A stretch of DNA of 64,000 bases, taken from sequence record LR745206.1. The stretch is one strand, 5' to 3'. The position numbers and the translations under genes were made by a program. The notes under the pieces were generated by a model. That model had not been told where the DNA came from. It made no database searches and worked only from the letters and a program-made list of their open reading frames with translations. How positions within the stretch are numbered: the first letter of the stretch is position 1; every line of letters starts with the position of its first letter. Positions 38,230-48,092 of the stretch are shown one piece after another.

Positions 38230-40923
38230 ATGGCATCTACCCCACTTTTTAAATCACTTAAACCGAATGGTACATCATTTTATGCTTTTCCTGGTGCGGC
38301 AGAGGATATTTCAGCGGCATATCAGAATTCAAATTATAAAATGTATTTTTCTAAATATGTTTTGATGAATTTACCAAAGCAAAATACAACATTAGGAACA
38401 CAATCAAATCCGATATATTTTGATTTTGAGAATTCGTTTGAAAACTCAGTAAATGCTACACCTGCTTTTAACTATTCTGATGCTATTATAGAATCATTAA
38501 GGAGTTATGTGGCTAACCAAGAAGTTGTTATTAGAGAGAGTAGATTGAATAATACTAAATATTATTACGATACAAATGCTTTAGAAACAACATCTGAAAA
38601 GATATTTTTTAAATGGTGTAAGAAATTAAATATTCTTGATTTCGAACCAGCTATTCCAGAGGATGAATATTTTAGTAATTTACAAGATTTTCAATCAAAT
38701 AATATAAATGATGATGAGTATTTCCCTGAATTTTTATGGAAGGAAAGAGAAGTATCTCCTTGGAACACAAGAATATTTTATGAGACTGCATCTGGTGATC
38801 CATCTCTAATTGGTAAATTAGAGGTTGAATTTGGAGGAACTACAAACTTTAGAGTTGGTGATATTGTTAATATTTATAATGTTAGTAATTCTACAATATA
38901 TACTGACCCATTTCTTGTTGGTTCAGAAACCGAAGATGGGATAAACACAACTATACTTTCTATTATACCATCAGGAGCTACTCAAGGTCAAAGAATTATA
39001 TTTGATATTGATACAAATCTTGGTGCTACAAATGAATTAGATGGGAAAGCTAAATTAGTTTATCATAAATTGATACAATATATTGGTGAGGTAAATGGTA
39101 TTAGTAATGTACAAGAGGCTAATAGATCTTATACCGAAGTTTTTGCTAATATACCAGACCATACAGGACAAACACCTGACATTCTTTTTAGAACATTGGT
39201 TGATGTTAATTATAAACCAAATTTAACATTCCCTATTTTACCTAGTCAATATCAACCAGAGATATTAGGAGCTGAATTGTTTAATTCTCCGATAGTTAGT
39301 ACTCCACAAAATTATCCAGGTTCTTATTTTGGACAATTTGATACACTTGACTTTACATATGTAACCGAAACTGGAGATGATATAAGAAGGAGTGGTGATT
39401 ATTATGGTGTTAATGGTGATATAAATAATCCAGTTGTTGATGGATCTACTATTGATGGTATTACATTAGACTTTAATACAAGTCACTATGTTAAGATGAA
39501 TATACCAAATAGAGTTGTTACTAATTTTGATCAATTTAATGCACTTGAAGTTAATAATGAACCACCTAAAGATTTTGAATACAATGCTATATTATGGTAT
39601 TATACAGTTGAGGATTCTGCTGGTGATTCAAGAACAAATTTATATGGTATTTCATTTCTAGATCACCCTGATAATAATCTAAAAGATGAAGAGGTTAGTT
39701 TGAGGTTCCCTACAATTAAAAAATTGGTTGCTAATGGTGAGCAGGATGGTACATCTTATTCATATAATTTGAATCTTAATTTTAATATAATAAATGAAAA
39801 TACAATTGATGCTTATAATCCGGAAGCTATAAATTCATTATTTAGTATGAACTTATTTAATGATGCTATGAAAAGATTATCATCCACAAATGATAGCTTT
39901 ATCAATATATTAGCTGAGCATTCAGAAATAACTGATGAGATTAATAATATTAGAGGGTTGGTATATACCCAAACAGATATAAGTGTATTGACTGCTAAGA
40001 TTAAAAGTCTTGAAGATTTATTGAGATTATACTCAACTAATCAAATGCAATCAAGTGATACTATTACTGTTAATCAAATACCTGGTAATCCACCAATACT
40101 CACACTAAATAGTATTGATACTCAATATTCTAGAGTTGATAATTACAAATCTACTGATTTATATAATGCTCAAGGTATAATTCCAATAAATGTATCTATT
40201 CCACAGAATAAAAACTTCTTTATCAATTTTATTAATAATGATGAAGTTGAACTTGATTTAGGTAATGATAGATTAACACTTATTTTAGATAGAGATTTAT
40301 ATTATAAGCAGTCTGTTGATGTTTTAATTACTGCTAGTGAATTTTCATCTGAGAATAAGAAATTAGATATTTATATGTCAAGTGATATTGGATCGGTTGA
40401 TGGTTCTACAACAGAAGTTTTAGTAATCGGTGATATTGATTTACCTGTTTACTACAACACATCTTCTCAATTACCAAACTCAGCAGCTGTTTGGAAAGAC
40501 TTTAAATTTGATATTGATTTTGATCAATCACTTAGTTTGATAACTGGTGATAGGATAGAAGTTCCATTTGTTGGAAATACATCAATTATAAGTAATTCGA
40601 TTAAGGTTGGTGATACATTACATATGAATAACTTTTTTGTTGGTACTAGCTCTATATATGATTTCTCTGGTCAATATAAAGTTGATTCTGTTGCTGGTGG
40701 TACTAGTTCTTATGTAACTTTTGATATTAGTACGAATGATGATTTGGTAGCCTATGGAGCATCGACTTCATTACCATTAGAAATACATGGTACATCATCA
40801 ACACTTTTATCAAACATACCATATTTTTCATTAAATAAAGGTAAAAAAATTAGAATTACTAGAGGTAGTAATTCGGATATACTAAACGAGAGATATATTG
40901 TAGAGGTTGACGATATTATATAA
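38230..40923 (+). CDS. 897-aa putative virion structural (baseplate/tail) protein
   Basis: large beta-rich ORF in a structural block. Confidence 0.55.
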   Translation: MASTPLFKSLKPNGTSFYAFPGAAEDISAAYQNSNYKMYFSKYVLMNLPKQNTTLGTQSNPIYFDFENSFENSVNATPAFNYSDAIIESLRSYVANQEVVIRESRLNNTKYYYDTNALETTSEKIFFKWCKKLNILDFEPAIPEDEYFSNLQDFQSNNINDDEYFPEFLWKEREVSPWNTRIFYETASGDPSLIGKLEVEFGGTTNFRVGDIVNIYNVSNSTIYTDPFLVGSETEDGINTTILSIIPSGATQGQRIIFDIDTNLGATNELDGKAKLVYHKLIQYIGEVNGISNVQEANRSYTEVFANIPDHTGQTPDILFRTLVDVNYKPNLTFPILPSQYQPEILGAELFNSPIVSTPQNYPGSYFGQFDTLDFTYVTETGDDIRRSGDYYGVNGDINNPVVDGSTIDGITLDFNTSHYVKMNIPNRVVTNFDQFNALEVNNEPPKDFEYNAILWYYTVEDSAGDSRTNLYGISFLDHPDNNLKDEEVSLRFPTIKKLVANGEQDGTSYSYNLNLNFNIINENTIDAYNPEAINSLFSMNLFNDAMKRLSSTNDSFINILAEHSEITDEINNIRGLVYTQTDISVLTAKIKSLEDLLRLYSTNQMQSSDTITVNQIPGNPPILTLNSIDTQYSRVDNYKSTDLYNAQGIIPINVSIPQNKNFFINFINNDEVELDLGNDRLTLILDRDLYYKQSVDVLITASEFSSENKKLDIYMSSDIGSVDGSTTEVLVIGDIDLPVYYNTSSQLPNSAAVWKDFKFDIDFDQSLSLITGDRIEVPFVGNTSIISNSIKVGDTLHMNNFFVGTSSIYDFSGQYKVDSVAGGTSSYVTFDISTNDDLVAYGASTSLPLEIHGTSSTLLSNIPYFSLNKGKKIRITRGSNSDILNERYIVEVDDII

Positions 40924-40965
40924 CTTTGGAATTTTAATATATAATTAAAATAAAAAATTTGTTAT

Positions 40966-42123
40966 ATGTCAGTTTGTGGACAATCATTATTCGGAAGTGG
41001 TAGTAATTACATAAAAGTAGCGAATGGATCTTTTTTAGCTATAGAAGGATCTACGATAGCTGAATCATTATTATTATCTGATTTGAGAATGCCTTATAAG
41101 CAATTATTAAAGGGTAGAATAATATTAAAAGCTGGTCAAGAAGATTTTCTATTAAATCATCTAGGTTTAGGTGATAATGCAACATTTTTAGCTATTAAAG
41201 TAACTTATAATCCAAAATCTGTAATTGAAGAGGATAATTATATACAGTGGTCTTTTTATGATGATGTTGAGAGAGTTAATACAATAGCTCAATTATTGGT
41301 ATTAACTGGTAATTCATCTAATAGAATACCTCAACTTTGGCTAACAAATCCAAATAGTAAATATCCAGTAACACTAGATGTTATGGTTGCTGTAATTGAT
41401 GATAATACATTCTTTGAATATAGACCAGTTGTTTATTTTACTGCTCCGGTTACATTAGAAAATGCTGTTTATTCAGGTCCTTATAATACTTCACTTGGTA
41501 CTAATTTTGGTATAACCATACCAAGTATTAATAACTTTGTTGGATATGATATTAATGATTTGAGAACAGAGATTGTCGATCATGTTGTTGAGTCAAATGG
41601 TTTATTATTGAGTACAACTGCTAGTAATTATTTACTTTATGATATTGATAGTAATCCAATTAATTCATTTACACTATCTGGCACATATTCTATGTTATTT
41701 GATATAACAGATTCATTGAATAATTCAATTGATCCAGCTGATAATGTTGAAATAATATACAATGCAACATACACACCGGTTGTTTTCTTTACTCCTGATG
41801 TTTATTTGATAGGTTCTACTGCATCACCAGTTAATACATTATTAGGTGATACATTTGGTGCAACAATATCATTAACTATGTCAGTTTATGGTGGTACTGT
41901 TAGTGTGTTGGATTTAGCTGGTGTTTTAGTTGACCATGTTGAAGAAGCTAATGGTGTTACTTTCTCAGCTACAGCTAGTAATTATATATTATACGATTAT
42001 TCAAATCTAGTTATTAATGGTATAACAATATCGGGTACTTATTCATTAGGATTTAATATAACAGATTCATTTGGTACACTTGATCCGAATAAAATAGTAG
42101 GCGTGTCATTCACAGGAGTATGA
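40966..42123 (+). CDS. putative structural protein with duplicated C-terminal domain
   Basis: two copies of PVV.FT..VDHV.E.NG..TASNY.LYD..SGTYS..F.ITDS; late motif 40934-40943. Confidence 0.6.
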   Translation: MSVCGQSLFGSGSNYIKVANGSFLAIEGSTIAESLLLSDLRMPYKQLLKGRIILKAGQEDFLLNHLGLGDNATFLAIKVTYNPKSVIEEDNYIQWSFYDDVERVNTIAQLLVLTGNSSNRIPQLWLTNPNSKYPVTLDVMVAVIDDNTFFEYRPVVYFTAPVTLENAVYSGPYNTSLGTNFGITIPSINNFVGYDINDLRTEIVDHVVESNGLLLSTTASNYLLYDIDSNPINSFTLSGTYSMLFDITDSLNNSIDPADNVEIIYNATYTPVVFFTPDVYLIGSTASPVNTLLGDTFGATISLTMSVYGGTVSVLDLAGVLVDHVEEANGVTFSATASNYILYDYSNLVINGITISGTYSLGFNITDSFGTLDPNKIVGVSFTGV

Positions 42124-43082
42124 TAATTAAAAAGTATATAAAATTTATTAAAGAAAATTTAATGCAATTTAATTCATTAGGTGAATGGGTTGACTCATTA
42201 TCTGATGATGATTATGTTATGAATATTGTTAATAGATATTTGAAAGATATTGATCCGGATATTGAATTGGAAAATGCGGTAAATCTTTTGGATGATAATG
42301 AACAAGCTGATATTAGATCACAGATATCTGAATATTTAGAAAAAGGTATTCAGGAAAAAGATCCAAATGTATTAGCATCCACTGAAACTGATATATTAGA
42401 AAATGTTCAAGAAATAACTGTTGCTGGTAAAGGAGTATTTAACTCTTTTCTTAAATCACTAACTGCCCTTGGTCAAAAAGAATCTAAGCCAAATTATGAT
42501 AGATGTCCAGAAGATTTTTTAGTATTTTATCACTATCAAAATCTAAATTCTAATGATGTTAAGGTTGTTTTTAGTAGATTTAAATCACTTTTGAGATATT
42601 CTGATATGATTGATTATGGTAAGAATGAAGTTAGTCTTTATTTTGGTATTAAATGTGATGGTCAGTTTGAATATGGTATATCTTATGATAGTTTATCACC
42701 AATGGGTCAATTTAAATTATCACAATCATCTATTAAGTGGTTAGTTCAATTGGAATCTAAATCATCTAGATCACTTAAAAAGGAATTGGTTAACTTAACA
42801 TACAATGATATATTATTATTTGGTAAGATTAAAATGGATATGAAGGATTTTAATCCTGGTTATCATGAGAAGAGATCTTATCCTACTATAACTGATAGAG
42901 TTATCTCATTTGGGTATTATGGTGTTGGTAGATGGGATAATGGTAAATTGGATGAGGGTGAATATATGAATATTAAAAATAATTTTACTACTTGGATTCT
43001 TACTAAGAAATGGGGAAGTAAAGTTTTGATAAGTGTTAAGCCTCAATCATTTTGGTTATACATACATATAAAATTGAAATAA
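42120..43082 (+). CDS. hypothetical protein, putative head-packaged
   Basis: MIIKKYIKFIKEN start. Confidence 0.65.
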   Translation: MIIKKYIKFIKENLMQFNSLGEWVDSLSDDDYVMNIVNRYLKDIDPDIELENAVNLLDDNEQADIRSQISEYLEKGIQEKDPNVLASTETDILENVQEITVAGKGVFNSFLKSLTALGQKESKPNYDRCPEDFLVFYHYQNLNSNDVKVVFSRFKSLLRYSDMIDYGKNEVSLYFGIKCDGQFEYGISYDSLSPMGQFKLSQSSIKWLVQLESKSSRSLKKELVNLTYNDILLFGKIKMDMKDFNPGYHEKRSYPTITDRVISFGYYGVGRWDNGKLDEGEYMNIKNNFTTWILTKKWGSKVLISVKPQSFWLYIHIKLK

Positions 43083-43083
43083 T

Positions 43084-43374
43084 ATGAAATATTTAAGAAA
43101 ATATAATGAATCAAATGGAGAGCAAGATTTAGATTTTGTTTTAGCTAAGATTAAGGAAGAATTTCCTATTGATAAGGTTAAAGAAACTTATGATAAAGAA
43201 GTTGATGAGTGGTCAGAAGATTACACTAATAGTGGTAATGGTGAGGCACAAGACGTTATCTTAAATCAAATGATTGGATGGTTCGAGTTGAAACATTCTA
43301 GCCTTAGTGATGAGTTATTTGAAGAAGTTTATAATAAACTACAAGAGGAATATGAATTCCTAAACATTGATTAA
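43084..43374 (+). CDS. acidic small protein, putative head-packaged
   Basis: MKYLRKYNES start. Confidence 0.65.
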   Translation: MKYLRKYNESNGEQDLDFVLAKIKEEFPIDKVKETYDKEVDEWSEDYTNSGNGEAQDVILNQMIGWFELKHSSLSDELFEEVYNKLQEEYEFLNID

Positions 43375-43406
43375 TTTTTTTCTATAATAAGAAAAAAATT
43401 AACTTA

Positions 43407-43880
43407 ATGACTCAAAGTTCTAAAGAAGATATTTTTAAAAAATGGGCACCTATTATAGAATCTATGGGTGTTACTGGATCAAAAGCAGATTGGATGTCTC
43501 ATTATGCTGAAATGCACTCTATCAATGAGAATAATATACAAATATCATCAACACAATCTACTTCTAATTTTCCAAATTTGTTACCAATCGCTAAAAAGAT
43601 TGCAGCTCAAACAGTTGGACTAAATTTAGTAGCTGTTAAACCAATTGGTGGTAATTCAACTGATGAGTTAGAAAGAATAAAAAGTGAGATTAAATCTGAA
43701 AACCGCGATAGAAAAATCGATTCTATTACAGATGATAAAGAATTTGAGGAAATGAAGGTTGAGGATCATCCAGACTATGAAACTGGTTTACCTAGTGGTA
43801 AATTATTTTACATGGATTATCAATATGGATCTACACCAACACATAAGAAGACAAGAAGAAGTAAAAAGAAGAAGAAATGA
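43407..43880 (+). CDS. major capsid N-terminal-like fragment with internal tag
   Basis: MTQSSKEDIFKKWAPIIE versus T4 gp23 MTIKTKAELLNKWKPLLE; LVAVKPIGG..PSGKLFYMDYQYG; NRDRKIDSI inserted. Confidence 0.75.
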   Translation: MTQSSKEDIFKKWAPIIESMGVTGSKADWMSHYAEMHSINENNIQISSTQSTSNFPNLLPIAKKIAAQTVGLNLVAVKPIGGNSTDELERIKSEIKSENRDRKIDSITDDKEFEEMKVEDHPDYETGLPSGKLFYMDYQYGSTPTHKKTRRSKKKKK

Positions 43881-44131
43881 AGAAACTTAAAATGCAAAAA
43901 GATTATTGGTTTCCTAGTCCAGATTATGTTAATAGATTTGGTCGTAAAAGAAGTATTGCTAAAATATTTGACCTTGAGTATGACGAATCTGATTTAGTAA
44001 ATTCCTCACAAATTCATTGGAGTAGTACCACTGCTCAACCAAGAATGAAATTTGTAATACCTATTGGTGATATGAAAGATAAACCAAGTATTGCTAAAAG
44101 AATCAAGGATTTGATAAAAAAATTCAAATAA
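43877..44131 (+). CDS. portal-like fragments flanking a tag
   Basis: QKDYWFPS, GRKRSIAKIF, RMKFVIPIGDM..KDLIKKFK. Confidence 0.6.
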   Translation: MKKLKMQKDYWFPSPDYVNRFGRKRSIAKIFDLEYDESDLVNSSQIHWSSTTAQPRMKFVIPIGDMKDKPSIAKRIKDLIKKFK

Positions 44132-44160
44132 GGTAGTCATGTGGGTATAATATATACCCT

Positions 44161-44490
44161 ATGATTAAGATTTATTTAATTTGTGCTGAAATAGGTGGTG
44201 AGAAGATGTATAAAATAGGTTATACAAAAAGAACAATTGAACAAAGAATAAAGGAATTTAAGACTGGTAATGCGTCCGAGTTCACTATAATAGATTCTTT
44301 TCAATCAGATTGGGGTACTAAAATAGAGGCACAATTACATAAGAGATTTAATCATAAAAAGGTTAATGGTGAGTGGTTTAAGTTAGATGAATCTGATATA
44401 AATAAGTTTCAAGATATGTGTAGTTTAATACATAATAATTTAGAAATTGTCTCTAAAACGACATATTATTTAGATAGAGGAGACTTTTAA
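44161..44490 (+). CDS. GIY-YIG-like T5orf172/MUG113 nuclease
   Basis: YKIGYTK..RIKE..IEAQLHKRF..GEWF. Confidence 0.8.
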   Translation: MIKIYLICAEIGGEKMYKIGYTKRTIEQRIKEFKTGNASEFTIIDSFQSDWGTKIEAQLHKRFNHKKVNGEWFKLDESDINKFQDMCSLIHNNLEIVSKTTYYLDRGDF

Positions 44491-44529
44491 ACTTATTTAG
44501 ATAAATAAATATAAAAAATAAAAGATATA

Positions 44530-44802
44530 ATGGGATCAATGAAAGAAATTAGTATTAGAGAATATATTTCTAATATAGACTTCAAACGAGATGATTGGAA
44601 ACTTTCAGTTATGAAAGAAGATATGAGAAAATTCTTAGGTGAAGAACCAGGTATCGATATCATTTACAAAAAAGATGTAATGATAAACGAAACAACACAA
44701 GAAGCTCAAGAATATGTTGATATCAATAAAGTTCAAATAGTTTTTTTTGATACTGATGAAAAATTTAAGAAACTAGAGTTTCTGATAGATGATAATGTTT
44801 AA
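44530..44802 (+). CDS. hypothetical protein
   Basis: 90-aa ORF in operon. Confidence 0.6.
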   Translation: MGSMKEISIREYISNIDFKRDDWKLSVMKEDMRKFLGEEPGIDIIYKKDVMINETTQEAQEYVDINKVQIVFFDTDEKFKKLEFLIDDNV

Positions 44803-45016
44803 AATGGACTTAAAAAATTACTACCTAGATCTTAAAAAAGTTTCTGAATTGGAATTAGAAGAAGATAGAAAAATTATACATGACTATTATAGGGATATGT
44901 TGAGTTATAATTATGAAAAAAGAGAAGAAATCGCAATTTCTATGTTTAATACACTATATAGTGGTGACTATTTAAAAGAAGTTCGTGATGAAAAAATTGA
45001 TCAAATACTTTCTTAA
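44789..45016 (+). CDS. tagged hypothetical protein
   Basis: ends VRDEKIDQILS; start may be a few codons later. Confidence 0.65.
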   Translation: MIMFKMDLKNYYLDLKKVSELELEEDRKIIHDYYRDMLSYNYEKREEIAISMFNTLYSGDYLKEVRDEKIDQILS

Positions 45017-45333
45017 TGGAAATAAAAGCTGATATATTAGATTACTTGGGTAAAATAGATGATGGTATTATTGTTTTACTTTCATTATCATATGATGGTG
45101 TGTATTATGAGGGAACACTATATTATAAGGATAAGTTAGTTGCTTTAACACCAGATGAAGTTCTTGAAGAGAAATTGGGATCTGTTATAGAAGATTGGGA
45201 AGGTTATAATGATTTAATGTTAGAAATACTTAAAAAAGTTGTTCCTTATGATGAGATGATTACTAGGGTTGATGATATTGATATGAATCAATATGGTATT
45301 GAACTAGGTAATAGTGACGAATCAATCGATTAA
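45016..45333 (+). CDS. acidic hypothetical protein
   Basis: 105-aa ORF, TAATG coupling. Confidence 0.6.
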   Translation: MEIKADILDYLGKIDDGIIVLLSLSYDGVYYEGTLYYKDKLVALTPDEVLEEKLGSVIEDWEGYNDLMLEILKKVVPYDEMITRVDDIDMNQYGIELGNSDESID

Positions 45334-45663
45334 TTCATTAAGTTTAATATTTCGATTAACCATTTTAAATTCATCAATCAAATCTCCCCAATATTTAAAC
45401 TTAATTCTATACTTACAACTCTTACCTAATTTAATATTAGACCAAGATTTTCCATCAGTTTTAAAATCCTTACTTATTGGAAATTGATATAAGTACATAA
45501 ACCAATAATTTCTATCTCTACTTTTTAAGAAATCTTTATTGTCTTTCAGATGATATGTATAATAAGCTTTTATAGCTTCATCATAATAATCACATATATA
45601 GTGTATTTCTGGCAATCCTTGTCCTCTTTGACAGGACATAATATAAATAAATTTCTCTTCCAT
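45322..45663 (-). CDS. tagged hypothetical protein
   Basis: ends VNRNIKLNELID. Confidence 0.65.
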   Translation of the reverse strand: MEEKFIYIMSCQRGQGLPEIHYICDYYDEAIKAYYTYHLKDNKDFLKSRDRNYWFMYLYQFPISKDFKTDGKSWSNIKLGKSCKYRIKFKYWGDLIDEFKMVNRNIKLNELID

Positions 45664-45697
45664 ATAGATTTTTATTAAAAAAGAGTATAAAGTTGTA

Positions 45698-46336
45698 TTA
45701 GATATTGATAAATCTCAATGTCATACCAAAAGCCTCTTCTTCATCAAAAGAAATAGACTCATTTTTTAGATTTAACTGGTCTTTTATCCTTGCACATAGT
45801 GGAGTTAATTCATCACTTAGAACACCTAATGATTCTACATTTAGTTGATTATCCGAACCTAATCTAACAAATATATAATTTGAATTTTCATAAACTTCAT
45901 AGAATTCAATATTATCTAAAGTTGAGACAGCTATTAACTCAACATCTTTAGATATCTGTGATATCTTTGGATACCCAATCATTTCACCATCTGTTTCAAA
46001 CTCATCTCTTATTTGGTTGTAAAAATCAATAGATTTAGATATAATTACTGATTTATCACCATAACTCTTTCTTCGTAATTTACTTTCCCAATTACTACCA
46101 ACCCAACTAGGATCATCATTAAATTCTTTTTTATACCAAGTGTATATTTCTTTTGATATTTTATCATATCTCCATTCAGTATATTTTAATATACCTCCCA
46201 TAATATCTTTAAAAATATCTGATGATATCAAATCATTTATTTCTTTTTCTCCCATGAAATCACCAACTTTATCTTTTATTTCGGATAATTGTTCATCAGT
46301 ATAAGATTCTAGAAATTTAACCCACTTTTTAATCAT
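45698..46336 (-). CDS. hypothetical protein, putative head-packaged
   Basis: likely start MIKKWVKFLES at 46336, directly after late motif 46341-46350. Confidence 0.7.
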   Translation of the reverse strand: MIKKWVKFLESYTDEQLSEIKDKVGDFMGEKEINDLISSDIFKDIMGGILKYTEWRYDKISKEIYTWYKKEFNDDPSWVGSNWESKLRRKSYGDKSVIISKSIDFYNQIRDEFETDGEMIGYPKISQISKDVELIAVSTLDNIEFYEVYENSNYIFVRLGSDNQLNVESLGVLSDELTPLCARIKDQLNLKNESISFDEEEAFGMTLRFINI

Positions 46337-46394
46337 ATAATATATATTAAACTTACATTGTAAAAATGATATAAATAAAAAATAATAATATTGA

Positions 46395-48092
46395 ATGCTT
46401 ATAAGTGAAATAGGAATTAGAGGATATAAATCATTTGGAAATAACGAACAAATATTAAAACTAAATACCGAAAGAGGTGAACTATTACTTCTTGTTGGTA
46501 ACAATGGTAATGGTAAATCTTCATTACTAGAATCTTTTGAATACGTATTATACGGTAAAGTTAAATCAGGTAAAACAAAAAAATGGCATAAATTATCCAC
46601 GTTACCTAATAGGATAAATGGTGAGATGTTAAATCGAATAAAATTTGTTGCTAGTGGAACTGATGTTGAGATTAAAAGAGGTATATCACCTGGTATATTG
46701 GAGTTAACTGAAAATGGTCTTGTTAATGAAAGAGCTGGTAAATCCAACTTAGATGATCATATTGAAAAATATATTGGATTGGATATCGAAACATTCAAAT
46801 CTTTTATATCAATGTCTATAAATGATTTCAAAAACTTTATATCATTAACAAATGAGGAGAAAAAATTATTACTTGATAAGCTATTTAACCTAGAAGTCAT
46901 TAATATTCTAAACGGTATATTAAAAGACATCAATAAAAATAATAAAATTAGATTAGCCTCTTTGGATTCTGAGATAAGAACACTCGAAGAATCAATTGAT
47001 TCTATAAAAAGATCTATTGCTAATGCTATCGAAAGAGAAAAGGAAAATCTTCAACAAGAAATAGATGTTCTTGTAGAAGATATGAATTCTAAAAAAGAAG
47101 ATTATGCAGCATTAAAAGACAAGGTTGAGAAGATAAAGGAAAAAGAGAAAATATTATCCGATGAAATGGATAATGAAAAGAAACAATATATCAATACACA
47201 GAATGATATCAGAAATGTACAAAAGGAGATAGATCTTTATGATTCTGGTAAATGTCCAACTTGTTCAACTGATTTTAAATCAACACATTTTGCTGATTTA
47301 AGAACATCATTAATTGAAAAGAAACAAGGATATGAAAATATTAAAATTGAAATTGAAGAAAATATTAAATCTGTTAAATCTAAACAAGTTAAATTAAAGG
47401 AAATTGGTGATGGTACCACTTCCTCTTTTACGGATTTGAGTTATCTATTGAGAAACTATAAAACTAAGATAGATGAGTTATCAAGAAAGAAGAGTAAAGA
47501 AAATGGTAAAGAATCAGTTAATGTTCAAGAGTTTCAAAAAACAATTGAAGAATTAGAGGGTAAGAAATCATTTAGTCATGATAATATTTCTATCAGTAAA
47601 GAGAAAGAACTTTATTATAAAGAGTTAAATAGAATTTTTGGTGAAGATGGTGTTAAGAAAGCAATCATTGCTGGTATTATAAAACCAATAAACCACTTCA
47701 TAAGAGAAAATATTAAAACGATGGGTTTACCTTTTGGTGTTCAATTAGATGAGACTTTCACTGCTGAGATTAAAATGTTGGGAACACCTATTGAACACGA
47801 TTCATTATCAACTGGTGAGACAAAGAAGATTAATATAGCTATATTAATAGCTTACTTGAAATTAATTAGAACTAAAAAACACATCAATATACTCTTCTTA
47901 GATGAGGTCTTTGCCTCAATTGATATCGAGGGTATAGATTCTATATTGGGTCTCTTAAAATCATTTGCAAATGACTACAATATCAATATATTTGTTGTTC
48001 ACCACGCAATTCTTAGTCAGGAGATGTTTGATAGAATTATAAAAATAAACAAAGATGTTTTTTCATCAATAGAGGAAGTAGAATATGAATGA
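46395..48092 (+). CDS. SbcC/Rad50/T4 gp46-like recombination ATPase
   Basis: GNNGNGKS Walker A, coiled coil with CPTC hook, LSTGE signature, LFLDE Walker B. Confidence 0.9.
   Translation: MLISEIGIRGYKSFGNNEQILKLNTERGELLLLVGNNGNGKSSLLESFEYVLYGKVKSGKTKKWHKLSTLPNRINGEMLNRIKFVASGTDVEIKRGISPGILELTENGLVNERAGKSNLDDHIEKYIGLDIETFKSFISMSINDFKNFISLTNEEKKLLLDKLFNLEVINILNGILKDINKNNKIRLASLDSEIRTLEESIDSIKRSIANAIEREKENLQQEIDVLVEDMNSKKEDYAALKDKVEKIKEKEKILSDEMDNEKKQYINTQNDIRNVQKEIDLYDSGKCPTCSTDFKSTHFADLRTSLIEKKQGYENIKIEIEENIKSVKSKQVKLKEIGDGTTSSFTDLSYLLRNYKTKIDELSRKKSKENGKESVNVQEFQKTIEELEGKKSFSHDNISISKEKELYYKELNRIFGEDGVKKAIIAGIIKPINHFIRENIKTMGLPFGVQLDETFTAEIKMLGTPIEHDSLSTGETKKINIAILIAYLKLIRTKKHINILFLDEVFASIDIEGIDSILGLLKSFANDYNINIFVVHHAILSQEMFDRIIKINKDVFSSIEEVEYE

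Noticed and set aside
44161-44490. GIY-YIG gene as an intron-encoded homing endonuclease
   Set aside because: It is free-standing with its own promoter-like motif and interrupts no gene; no intron structure is evident.
45698-46747. 349-aa version of this ORF
   Set aside because: The extension overlaps the SbcC gene antisense; the late motif and targeting-like leader indicate a start at 46336.
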